Origin: Actinomycetota bacterium
Lineage (GTDB): Bacteria; Actinomycetota; Acidimicrobiia; Acidimicrobiales; Ilumatobacteraceae
DNA length: 64,000 nucleotides
Assembly: GCA_947454105.1 (NCBI GenBank)
Contig: CANGIP010000005.1
Location: 41,635-105,634 of the forward strand
Reading direction: 5' to 3'
The notes under the pieces are model-generated. The model ran no database searches. It worked only from the letters and a program-made list of their open reading frames with translations, and was not told where the DNA came from. The position numbers and the translations under genes were made by a program. How positions within the stretch are numbered: the first letter of the stretch is position 1; each line of letters starts with the position of its first letter. Shown one piece after another: positions 36,549-45,453 of this stretch.

Positions 36549-37271
36549 ATGTGGAACGGACAACGGCTGGCAGTAGTGCTGCCGACCTACAACGAGCACT
36601 TGTCAATTGCGGAATGTATTCGTGGTTTTGAGGCGCTCGGAATTGTTGATGACATCTTGGTCGTGAACAACAATGCCCACCCTGATACGTCGCCGGCGGT
36701 CGCGCCAACAGTGGCACGCGAAGTAGTGGAAACGACTCAGGGATACGGCGCAGCGATTCGACGGGGCCTGCATGAAACAACTGACGCTGATTTGGTGTGT
36801 GTTTGCGAACCCGACGGCACCTTTGATCCGGCTGACCTGATGAAGTTGTTGCCATTCACAAGCGATGTTGACGTGGTGTTTGGTTCACGCACAGTGCAGA
36901 CGTTCATTTTATCGGGTGCCAACATGGGCTGGTTTTTGCGGTGGGGCAACTGGGCGGTCGCCAAACTGACTGAGGTCTTGTACAACACGGTGTATTTATC
37001 GGATGTGGGTTGCACATTTAGAGTGTTGAAGCGTCCAGCAATTGACGAGATGTCGCCATTGTTTGTGGGTAACGCGTCATCATTTGGTTTTGAAATGATG
37101 TTGCTGGCCGCGCAAAAGAAAATGTCAATGGTGCAAGTGCCGGTGAAGTATCAAGAGCGAGTTGGTGAAAGTTCGGTGACGGGTTCGCAGAGCAAAGCAG
37201 TGAAGCTTGGTTTGCAGATGATCGCGATGTGCCTCCGCATGCGTTTCGCCCCACGATCTGGTCGGAAATAA
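36549..37271 (+). CDS. GT2 polyprenyl-phosphate glycosyltransferase (DPM1/GtrB-like)
   Basis: 240 aa. 'LAVVLPTYNEHLSI', 'ILVVNNNAHPDTS', 'VCVCEPDGTFDP'. Confidence 0.7.
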   Translation: MWNGQRLAVVLPTYNEHLSIAECIRGFEALGIVDDILVVNNNAHPDTSPAVAPTVAREVVETTQGYGAAIRRGLHETTDADLVCVCEPDGTFDPADLMKLLPFTSDVDVVFGSRTVQTFILSGANMGWFLRWGNWAVAKLTEVLYNTVYLSDVGCTFRVLKRPAIDEMSPLFVGNASSFGFEMMLLAAQKKMSMVQVPVKYQERVGESSVTGSQSKAVKLGLQMIAMCLRMRFAPRSGRK

Positions 37272-37314
37272 CTGAGGAAATCTGCCAATTCGCCAGACCA
37301 GATCGGTCTGATAT

Positions 37315-39309
37315 TTACGGGGTGAGGGATTCGAGGAATGGATTGAGCCTTTGTCCGATGACTCCGGCGGCGTAATCCGAAGGATGGTCGGTGTAGCTAT
37401 ACATGAAATGATTCCAACGCTCGTGGCGACAGATGCGATCTTCGGATCCGCAGAAAATCTCAGTGGCGTCAAAAATCTCGACCTGCCCCGGGAACTCTTG
37501 TTTCAACTGATCAAACATTTCGCGGTACTTGGTTGTTTGGTTGATGAACGTCTGGATCGGCAACTCACATAACGGGTTGGGTCTGACCAAAAGGCGATTT
37601 AAGAAACCAATAGCGGTGGTGCGTTGCAGACAATCTTCAGGGTTCGGCAACGGAGGGTTATCGATATACAGAACGACTTTTTTACCAGCTTGAGTCAAGA
37701 TCGTGATGCTGTTGCGAAAACCTTCTGTCACGATGTCGTAATAGGGACTGTCAGGTAATTGCGCAAAACTTGTTTCGTCACTGATACCAAACATCGCGCG
37801 AACTGCACCCTCAAGCACGACAACATCAACATCAGGATTCTGAGCAACTGAATCAACGGCGATTCGCGCAAGCTTTTGAAACCGTTCAAATTCGGGAGCA
37901 TCAGAGATAAGCGGGACTGGTACTCCGCTGTCGGAGTTGCCTCCCATAAACAGCCAGCGTCCGTTTTCAGTTGACGTACGAATCAAGCCACCAATCAAGG
38001 CCTCGGCCTTGCTATCACCGATGAGCGCGAAGCGTGGCGTCTCACGATTGTCTTCGAGACAACTAGCGAAAAGATTGGCAACTTTAGCGTCGCCGATTCC
38101 ACACGTATCTTGAACCCAGCCGTTTGCGCCGCCTTCTTCGCCGGAATTGATATCGGGGTTCATTTGAGCGACCTCACGACTGGAGATGCCATCGTTTTCA
38201 AACGTCACATAGCCGACAAGGCCAATGACGACCATTGATGCAACGAGCGCTCCAGTCACCACCTTGACGCGAGGATGAAAACGCAGTGGCTTTTCAATCA
38301 GCCGATAGGTGACCCAGGACAGCAGTACAGATACCACGACTGCTCCAAAACGAACCCCCGCCGATGGAACGGTGCTGGCGATGATTCGAGCGAATGTGAG
38401 TAACGGCCAGTGCCACAAATAGAGCGGGAAACTAATCAGCCCAATCCACACCATTGGTCGTAGTGAGAAAATGCGGCGAGCGGTAAATGTGCGAGAACCA
38501 GCGCCAATCATGAAAGCGGCGCCAACTGTTGGTGCAAGTGCATTCCAACCTGGGAATTTACTTTGCGCATCGAGCCCAAACATCGTGAATAGCACAAGAG
38601 CGAGGCCAAGAAAGGCGAGCAAGTGTTGCGGTTTCGAGGCTCTGTCGGCTGGTGTTTGACGCAACATGACGACCGCCAAAATCGCACCAACAAGTAGTTC
38701 CCAAAAGCGATTGAACGGCGAGTAATACGCTCCGACCACATCGTGGTTGAGTGCATACAAACCAAACCCAAATGAAACGATGGCGAGAACAACTGTTGAA
38801 GCAAGTACATGCAGTCTGATCTTGAAGACAACCCACAACAGCAATGGCCAAACAATGTAAAACTGCTCTTCAATTCCGAGTGACCATAAATGGGTGAGTG
38901 GTTTAACTGCCGATGAGGTATCGAAGTAACCCGATTCTTTCCACAAAATGATGTTGGAGATAAACGAAGCACCCGAGCCAACATGCTTGCCAAGTTGTCG
39001 GTATTCGGAGGCCAGCAAAACAAACCAACCCAATGCATAAACGAATGCAAGCATTGTGACTAGCGCAGGAAAGATTCGTCGGATTCGGCGTCGATAGAAG
39101 CCTTGAATGGTGAAGGTTGATTCGTTCAACCCATTCAAGATATTTGTGGTGATGAGATAGCCAGAAATCACAAAAAAAACGTCCACGCCGGCATAGCCGC
39201 CAGGAACCAACCATGAAAAGGCGTGAAAGATCACGACGGATACAACTGCGAGTGCCCGCAGACCATCGATATCTGATCGATAGTTGTGGGTCAGATGGGC
39301 TTGATGCAT
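37315..39309 (-). CDS. AT3 acyltransferase fused to a C-terminal SGNH-like domain (OafA/YrhL-type O-acetyltransferase)
   Basis: 664 aa. 'IDGLRALAVVSVVIFHAF' and 'LWSLGIEEQFYIVWPLL', then a ~280-aa soluble tail with 'ALIGDSKAEAL'. Confidence 0.8.
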   Translation of the reverse strand: MHQAHLTHNYRSDIDGLRALAVVSVVIFHAFSWLVPGGYAGVDVFFVISGYLITTNILNGLNESTFTIQGFYRRRIRRIFPALVTMLAFVYALGWFVLLASEYRQLGKHVGSGASFISNIILWKESGYFDTSSAVKPLTHLWSLGIEEQFYIVWPLLLWVVFKIRLHVLASTVVLAIVSFGFGLYALNHDVVGAYYSPFNRFWELLVGAILAVVMLRQTPADRASKPQHLLAFLGLALVLFTMFGLDAQSKFPGWNALAPTVGAAFMIGAGSRTFTARRIFSLRPMVWIGLISFPLYLWHWPLLTFARIIASTVPSAGVRFGAVVVSVLLSWVTYRLIEKPLRFHPRVKVVTGALVASMVVIGLVGYVTFENDGISSREVAQMNPDINSGEEGGANGWVQDTCGIGDAKVANLFASCLEDNRETPRFALIGDSKAEALIGGLIRTSTENGRWLFMGGNSDSGVPVPLISDAPEFERFQKLARIAVDSVAQNPDVDVVVLEGAVRAMFGISDETSFAQLPDSPYYDIVTEGFRNSITILTQAGKKVVLYIDNPPLPNPEDCLQRTTAIGFLNRLLVRPNPLCELPIQTFINQTTKYREMFDQLKQEFPGQVEIFDATEIFCGSEDRICRHERWNHFMYSYTDHPSDYAAGVIGQRLNPFLESLTP

Positions 39310-40187
39310 TCCCAGGTGGCGTAGTGATACGCGGGCAAGAAACCAAAGACTCTCGCGATGTATTTGTCAGCAACAGGTGATAGGTCAGTAGGTCGACCCA
39401 TGGCAACGAGGTCTTCAACGTTGAAGCCGTCACCATTTGATGTCGGGCATTCGGCTACATGATTGAGCATGTCGGCGAAATCTTGCGTCACCAATACCGT
39501 GGTTGTGAATCCCGCAGTCCGCAACTTGTCGGTGAGATCCCAGCCAAAGTTGAAAAACACTGGAGTGTTGTCGGCATGGAACTCTGGGGTCGATGGAACA
39601 TGGGTAACCCCGTAACACAGGGGCACCTGTAGGTACATGCGTCCGCCTGGAGCAAGCACTCGGTAAATCTCGCTGAGTGCCTTTTCGGTGTCGGGCACAT
39701 GTTCAAGCACGTGTGGCGTGAGCAAAATGTCGATTGACGAATCGGGCAAGGCCATTGCTTGCAGATCGATCTGAATGTCACCTTCATGAGCTGATAGGTC
39801 ATAGTCACTCGCGGTGTATTTGAAATAGCGGCGCATCATTGAGCGATAACCAGCGCCCATACGCGGACTGGTTTCGAGAACCCGCAGGTTTTTGGCGTAG
39901 CCGCGACGCGACAAGAAACAGAACAACAAGAAGCGATCGCGAGCCACGCTGCCACATCGCGGACAGGTCGCCATTTCGGTGTGATACGGCCCAACGAATT
40001 CATCGCCTGACCAATGACAGATGTTGCACACCGCGACGGCCGTATTGATCGTTTTGGGGTTGACCCATGGTTTGAAGCCGAGTTCCCACCAGGCGCCCTC
40101 AGGTGAGGCTAAACCGACTCGTCGCGCAATGGGCCGCAAAACCTGGCGGACTCGCTGAGACGTTGATTGCGGTGGGCCAGAGGACAT
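39291..40187 (-). CDS. class I SAM-dependent methyltransferase with N-terminal zinc ribbon
   Basis: 298 aa. 'CNICHW...CPRCGSVARDR' then 'LLTPHVLEHVPD' and 'LAPGGRMYLQVP'. Same architecture as 10844..11596. Confidence 0.7.
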   Translation of the reverse strand: MSSGPPQSTSQRVRQVLRPIARRVGLASPEGAWWELGFKPWVNPKTINTAVAVCNICHWSGDEFVGPYHTEMATCPRCGSVARDRFLLFCFLSRRGYAKNLRVLETSPRMGAGYRSMMRRYFKYTASDYDLSAHEGDIQIDLQAMALPDSSIDILLTPHVLEHVPDTEKALSEIYRVLAPGGRMYLQVPLCYGVTHVPSTPEFHADNTPVFFNFGWDLTDKLRTAGFTTTVLVTQDFADMLNHVAECPTSNGDGFNVEDLVAMGRPTDLSPVADKYIARVFGFLPAYHYATWECIKPI

Positions 40188-40267
40188 TGCACTTCACGCT
40201 AATAGGTGGCGGGACTCGGCGGGGGTAACTCCTGATCTCGCAGGTGTCACACGGTTAGGATTGTCCT
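40188..40267. promoter_or_regulatory. divergent promoter region
   Basis: 80-bp spacer between divergent operons. Confidence 0.35.
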
Positions 40268-40558
40268 GTGCGAATTCTTCGAGCCTTAGTTGGGCGTCTG
40301 ACCGGCCGAGATATGCGGGCCTTGCGAGCCGAAGTCGCCGAAATGCGGAACCAGATTCAGGTGATGAGCGATATTTTGCAGTCCCTCAACCATGACATCC
40401 GTTCTGGTTCTGAGCGATCGCTCCCATTATTCATGGGATATGCCGAACGTCTTCGTCTTGATGCCGACACCGCAGTCGGTGCCACACAAGTGATTGAGCG
40501 GCAGATTGCCCAATTGCAACAACGTCTCGACCAGTTGTCTGTGCCGAACCAGGGCTGA
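40268..40558 (+). CDS. small predicted coiled-coil protein
   Basis: 96 aa, GTG start, helix-rich ('LRAEVAEMRNQIQVM', 'IERQIAQLQQRLDQL'). It ends 3 nt before the next GT gene. No family recognised. Confidence 0.35.
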   Translation: MRILRALVGRLTGRDMRALRAEVAEMRNQIQVMSDILQSLNHDIRSGSERSLPLFMGYAERLRLDADTAVGATQVIERQIAQLQQRLDQLSVPNQG

Positions 40559-40561
40559 TCA

Positions 40562-42871
40562 ATGACGGCCCAGCCGCAGGTTCTCGTTGACGGGCGAGTG
40601 ATTTCGCATCCAACTGCCGGTGGGCGAGGAGTCGGGCGTTACACCATTGGTCTTGTGCGAGCACTGCACGAATCTGGTGCAGTAGTGACGGTGATGAACT
40701 CGTCGATTCACGATGAGCAGTTGTGGCTTGATGCAATACCAGCGTTGACAGTCGCTCCCTTCGAACCGAGTACGGTGCGCTTGATTTCGGCTGACACCTG
40801 GTTTATGTGCACGCAAATGATGTTGCACCCGATACCACTTGATGTGGTGCCACGCATGGTGACTGAGGCTGGCTTGCGAGTTGTTGGTGTTCTGCACGAT
40901 GTCATTCCGTATCGGTATCCAGACCAGTATTTAAGTGATCCGAGCGCTCTGAGGCAGTCGCAACTGCGGGCCATGCTCGTGCGCACATTTGATGCAATGG
41001 TTGCAAACTCAACCTTCTCAGCCGACACCGGTGCTTCGGTCTTGAAGTTTGATCGGTCGCGAATTCATGTTGTGGGCGCTGCGGTTGAGCCTCAGTTTTG
41101 TGTGGGATCAGTTTCGGCAGCGCGATTACAACGTCTGATTGACAAAGGTGTTGATGCCTCGCGAGGATTGGTTGTTGCTGTCACGGGTGGTGATGATCGT
41201 AAAAATACATCTGGTCTCATTCGAGCTTGGGGTTCAATTGCCGGTGAACTTCGCAAGTCGCATCAGTTGGTCGTTGCATGTGCGGCAGTGCCAGTCGTTC
41301 GGGCTCGTTGGCGCGATGTTGCCAAATCGGTTGGGCTAACCACACAAGATGTTGTCTTTACCGACACCGTGACCGACGATGAAATGGTTGCCCTGTATCA
41401 GTCGGCTCGGTTGTCAGTGATGCCTTCGCTTGAAGAAGGTTTTGGTTTGCCGGTTGCCGAAGCTGCGGCTTGTGGTTGCGTCACCATCTGTTCGAATAAT
41501 TCATCACTTCCCGAAGTGATTGATTGTGAAGAAGCACTCTTCAATGCCAGTGATGTCATTGATATCGCGCGGGCTATCGAATGGGCGCTCACCGATGACG
41601 AACATCGCGAGCGACTGAGACTTGCCGCAGGGCGAGCTGCGCAACGTTGGACGTGGGCAAACGTTGGGCGAGCGGCTGTCGTGGGATTGAATCGTGGATC
41701 GGGTCGTGCGAATCTATTCCCAGTGAAGCAGCGAATTGGATTGATGGGTCCATATGCCGGTTCGCCGTCGGGTATTGGCACGTATAACGCGCGCTTGGCG
41801 AAGGCGTGGCACGAGAATCGTGATCTGCCCGAAATCATTGAATACGTTGATGTTTCTAGCACTTCAATTGCCGTGAATGATTGTCATTCTGCAGCCGGAA
41901 TGGGCCGGTACTGGTACCCACACGATGTTGATCATCTGATTGTCTCGCTTGGATCATCGCCGTATCACGCGATGTCGGTAGCCCGTGCTTCTGAATACGC
42001 CTGCCATGTCTGGTTGCATGAACCAACTCTTGTTGGCTGTCATGTTGGCATTGGACATCTATCTGGTTCGCGCGAATGGGCCGATGAATACATGCGAGAT
42101 CGATTGCGCGACTGCAATGTGTCTGAGCAGTTGTGGCCTCAAGATTTGCTTGATGCAGAGGCCTACCACGTGGCCGGAATTCATTTCTTAGAACCCGTGT
42201 TACGACACGCTCGATCAGTCATCGTGTCTAGCGACGAAGCCGCCCAAAAGATCCGCACTATTCGAGCGGACGTGCCGATTTTGGTGCTGCCGTTAGCGCA
42301 CGCGATATGTGAACCAGTCGTTCAATGGCCGAGCGATCAACTCGTGGTTTCAGTCGGATGGGTTGATGCCAGTAAGCGTCCAGAAGAAGTGGTGCAGTCA
42401 CTAGCCCGAATGAAGGCACGTTTGCTTTTCGTAGGCGAAGCATCTGACGAGATTCAAAAGCAGGTCAGGGACATGGCCGACAAAATGGGGATGGCTAGTC
42501 GAGTGAGCTTCACTGGGCGTCTCGCTGACGACGACTACGACCGCACATTGCGATCAGCATCATTGGCGATTCAGCTTCGTTTACATGGTGGGCGGGGCGA
42601 GCGATCAGCCGCTGTCAACGACTTGCGTTCACGGGGAATTCCGGTGATTTGCGATATCGGTCGTGAAGAGTCATTGTCGGTGGACGAAATTGAGCAGCAA
42701 GCGCGCGAGTTGCTCGACGCGGAAACCGTTTGGAATAGAGCATCTGCAGAATCGGTGGCAATCGCTCGCTCGTGGACATTCGCTGATGTCAGTCAAGCCC
42801 TTGTCTCGTGGGTTGATCGGTCACATGAGTTTGAAGCGGCAACAATTCATCAGGCATCTTCATTAGGGTGA
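40562..42871 (+). CDS. large two-module GT4-like glycosyltransferase
   Basis: 769 aa. The first GT-B module has 'MPSLEEGFGLPVAEAAACG'. The second half has a degenerate GT-B C-domain ('LLFVGEASDE...GGRGERSAAVNDLRSRGIPVI'). Confidence 0.7.
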   Translation: MTAQPQVLVDGRVISHPTAGGRGVGRYTIGLVRALHESGAVVTVMNSSIHDEQLWLDAIPALTVAPFEPSTVRLISADTWFMCTQMMLHPIPLDVVPRMVTEAGLRVVGVLHDVIPYRYPDQYLSDPSALRQSQLRAMLVRTFDAMVANSTFSADTGASVLKFDRSRIHVVGAAVEPQFCVGSVSAARLQRLIDKGVDASRGLVVAVTGGDDRKNTSGLIRAWGSIAGELRKSHQLVVACAAVPVVRARWRDVAKSVGLTTQDVVFTDTVTDDEMVALYQSARLSVMPSLEEGFGLPVAEAAACGCVTICSNNSSLPEVIDCEEALFNASDVIDIARAIEWALTDDEHRERLRLAAGRAAQRWTWANVGRAAVVGLNRGSGRANLFPVKQRIGLMGPYAGSPSGIGTYNARLAKAWHENRDLPEIIEYVDVSSTSIAVNDCHSAAGMGRYWYPHDVDHLIVSLGSSPYHAMSVARASEYACHVWLHEPTLVGCHVGIGHLSGSREWADEYMRDRLRDCNVSEQLWPQDLLDAEAYHVAGIHFLEPVLRHARSVIVSSDEAAQKIRTIRADVPILVLPLAHAICEPVVQWPSDQLVVSVGWVDASKRPEEVVQSLARMKARLLFVGEASDEIQKQVRDMADKMGMASRVSFTGRLADDDYDRTLRSASLAIQLRLHGGRGERSAAVNDLRSRGIPVICDIGREESLSVDEIEQQARELLDAETVWNRASAESVAIARSWTFADVSQALVSWVDRSHEFEAATIHQASSLG

Positions 42872-44286
42872 ATGTCGCTATGAGTTTTGAAGTTCCCTTT
42901 GTCCGCATCGTGATTTTGTCGTTTGATGGTGGGCAGATGACTCTTGACTGCATTGAGTCGTTGGTGAAAACCGAGTGGCCGCGTGACCGCTACGAAATCG
43001 TGATGGTCGACAATGGTTCGCTAGACGATGTAACTGAACGTGTTCGTGCGCAATACCAAGAAGTGCGCATTCTTGAGCCATTGCGCAACTTGGGTTTTGC
43101 TGGTGGATGCAATTTGGGTATGCAGGGAATTGCCTGTTCACAAGGCAAGCCACTTCGTGACTACGACCATGTGGCGTTGGTGAATAACGATGCCACTGTT
43201 GAAGCAGGTTGGTTGAGAGCACTCGTTGAGGCGATTGAAATGGGAAGCGACGTTGGTGCGGCGAGCGCCAAGATGTTGTTCGCTGATCGATTTACCGGGA
43301 TTGATCTCGAGGTTTCTGAAACATCGATTGCTGGCGGCGGAGACGACAGGCTCGTTGGAGTCTGTGTGTCGGGTATTCGCATTGATGGTCAACGTTCTGA
43401 TGATCGTTTGCAATTTGACGAAGGCTTTCATGGGCCGGTTGGCTTTGACCCCAGTCGGGGTGAAGAGTTTGCTCGCTGGAGCAAAAACCGGGGAGCTCTG
43501 CGCATTGGCGAAACACGAACTGATGAATCTGTTCAACAAGTGGTGTCGTTTCGGTTGTCGGCTGAAACCGAGCGGACTGTCACCCTGCGGTCAGATATCG
43601 ATGAAGTGACCGTGACTGTTGGCGGTGGCTATGCCGACAAGAAGCCAATCTTCACGTGGGTGGATGTGCGGGTCGGTAGCGATGTCTTTGACGTGATCAA
43701 CAATGTCGGTTCAAATCTCTATGAACGTGGATTTGGTGGCGACCGTGGATTTCTTGAACGTGACCGTGGTCAGTTTGAGCAAGCCGTTGAAGTCTTCGCA
43801 TGGTGTGGCGGCGCAGTGTTGTTGAAGAAGGCGTACCTCGATGCGGTTGGCTTTTTTGACGAGCGTTTGTTCTTGTATTACGAAGACACCGACTTGTCAT
43901 GGCGGGGCCGTTTGCAAGGTTGGCGTTATATGTATGCGCCTGGAGCGTTGGTGCGTCACCGCCATGCACAATCATCGGGAGTCGGCAGCGACACCTTCCG
44001 TTTCTATACCGAACGAAACCGCTTATTGGTTCTGGCGAAGAACGCGCCTATCTGGTTGGCCGTACGTTCGGGACTGGGAGAAGTGAGGCGCACTGTCATG
44101 ATCAATGTGCGGCACTTAATTTTGCGTCCATTGACTTTGCGTATGCCAGCGCGTCCTGAAGCAGCGATGAGGCGCCGAGTATTGAAGTCGTATCTTGCGT
44201 TGGTGCCCGCAATGTTGCGAGATCGTTGGTTGATGGACCGCAGTTTTTCACGTCAATCGTTGATGAAGTGGGAAGTGTCAAAGTGA
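42868..44286 (+). CDS. GT2 glycosyltransferase with ~135-aa internal insertion
   Basis: 472 aa. 'VRIVILSFDG', 'IVMVDNGSLDD', 'NLGFAGGCNLG', 'LVNNDATV', then an insert, then 'WCGGAVLL', 'YYEDTDLSWR'. GTGA overlap with the upstream gene. Confidence 0.75.
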   Translation: MNVAMSFEVPFVRIVILSFDGGQMTLDCIESLVKTEWPRDRYEIVMVDNGSLDDVTERVRAQYQEVRILEPLRNLGFAGGCNLGMQGIACSQGKPLRDYDHVALVNNDATVEAGWLRALVEAIEMGSDVGAASAKMLFADRFTGIDLEVSETSIAGGGDDRLVGVCVSGIRIDGQRSDDRLQFDEGFHGPVGFDPSRGEEFARWSKNRGALRIGETRTDESVQQVVSFRLSAETERTVTLRSDIDEVTVTVGGGYADKKPIFTWVDVRVGSDVFDVINNVGSNLYERGFGGDRGFLERDRGQFEQAVEVFAWCGGAVLLKKAYLDAVGFFDERLFLYYEDTDLSWRGRLQGWRYMYAPGALVRHRHAQSSGVGSDTFRFYTERNRLLVLAKNAPIWLAVRSGLGEVRRTVMINVRHLILRPLTLRMPARPEAAMRRRVLKSYLALVPAMLRDRWLMDRSFSRQSLMKWEVSK

Positions 44287-45443
44287 CTCGTCCTAAGATT
44301 GCTATCTACAACTTGTACTGGGCTACCTATGGTGGTGGTGAACAAGTGAGTGGAGCAATTGCCGAAACATTGTCAAAGTATTGCGATGTCACCTTGCTCG
44401 GACCCGAAGAGCCAAATATTGAGGCCACACGAGCCCGGCTTGGGGTTGACCTCAGTGGATGTGCTTGGCGAAAAGTCGTTGACGATCTTGAGGCTGGCGT
44501 TGTGAGTGCTGACTTTGATGTATTTATAAACGGTACCTACCGCAGTCACTCGGTAAATCAGGCCCCAGTTGGTTTGTATTACGTGCATTTTCCCGAGCCA
44601 CCGACAACATCACGTCGTAAAGCGGTTGATGCGGTGGCGCGTACTGGTTTAGGTGCAATGAAGTTGGCGCCACGTGTTCCAAGTCGTCTTGAAGGTGTAC
44701 GTCGTGGACTGCAACGCCGCGTTATTGATCAATCATGGGCAAAGTCGTACACCAAGTTTTTGTCAAACTCGCAATACACCGCAGGCTGGGTGAAGAAACT
44801 GTGGGATGCCGACAGTGAGATTGTGTATCCGCCCGTTCGCACAACTGTGAAGCCAGGCACGAAGGTTGAACTGATCACGTCAATTGGACGATTCTTTGAC
44901 CCGTCACTTGGCCATTCAAAAAAACAGCTTGAGTTACTTGAAGCATTCACGCGCATGTTTTCGTCGCGTGAAGGTATCGGGTCGTGGAAGCTCTCATTTG
45001 TCGGTGGGGCTGATGCAGCAAGTCGCGACTACGCATTGGCGATACGACGTGGTGCAATCGGACTACCTGTTGCCGTTCACTTGAATGCACCTCGCGAGAT
45101 CGTCGAGACCACTCTGGCGACCGCAAGCATCTATTGGCACGGCGGCGGATTTGGCGAAGACGCCGAACTACATCCCGAGCGTTTTGAACATTTCGGCATT
45201 GCTGTTGTTGAAGCAATGGCGGCAGGGGCAGTGCCAGTGGTGTTTGCTGCAGCGGGTCCGGCCGAAATTGTGCGACACGGAGTTGATGGTTTTCATTGGA
45301 AGACGCTTGATGAGTTGCAATTACTTACTCGTCAACTAATGAGTGATGAAGAGTTGCGACTAAAGATGTCTACTGCCGCACAATTGCGGGCTGCCGAATT
45401 CGGGGTAGAAGTTTTCGCGAACAGAATCAGATCTTTGATCTGA
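44283..45443 (+). CDS. GT4 glycosyltransferase
   Basis: 'FEHFGIAVVEAMAAGAVPVV'. GTG 44283 overlaps the upstream stop (GTGA) and has GGGAAG upstream. The ORF-track ATG 44226 would overlap by 61 nt. Confidence 0.75.
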   Translation: MTRPKIAIYNLYWATYGGGEQVSGAIAETLSKYCDVTLLGPEEPNIEATRARLGVDLSGCAWRKVVDDLEAGVVSADFDVFINGTYRSHSVNQAPVGLYYVHFPEPPTTSRRKAVDAVARTGLGAMKLAPRVPSRLEGVRRGLQRRVIDQSWAKSYTKFLSNSQYTAGWVKKLWDADSEIVYPPVRTTVKPGTKVELITSIGRFFDPSLGHSKKQLELLEAFTRMFSSREGIGSWKLSFVGGADAASRDYALAIRRGAIGLPVAVHLNAPREIVETTLATASIYWHGGGFGEDAELHPERFEHFGIAVVEAMAAGAVPVVFAAAGPAEIVRHGVDGFHWKTLDELQLLTRQLMSDEELRLKMSTAAQLRAAEFGVEVFANRIRSLI

Positions 45444-45453
45444 TTTTCAGATC
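45437..45453. terminator. short hairpin spanning two convergent stop codons
   Basis: gatctga-ttt-tcagatc, a 7-bp AT-rich stem. Weak evidence. Confidence 0.25.
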
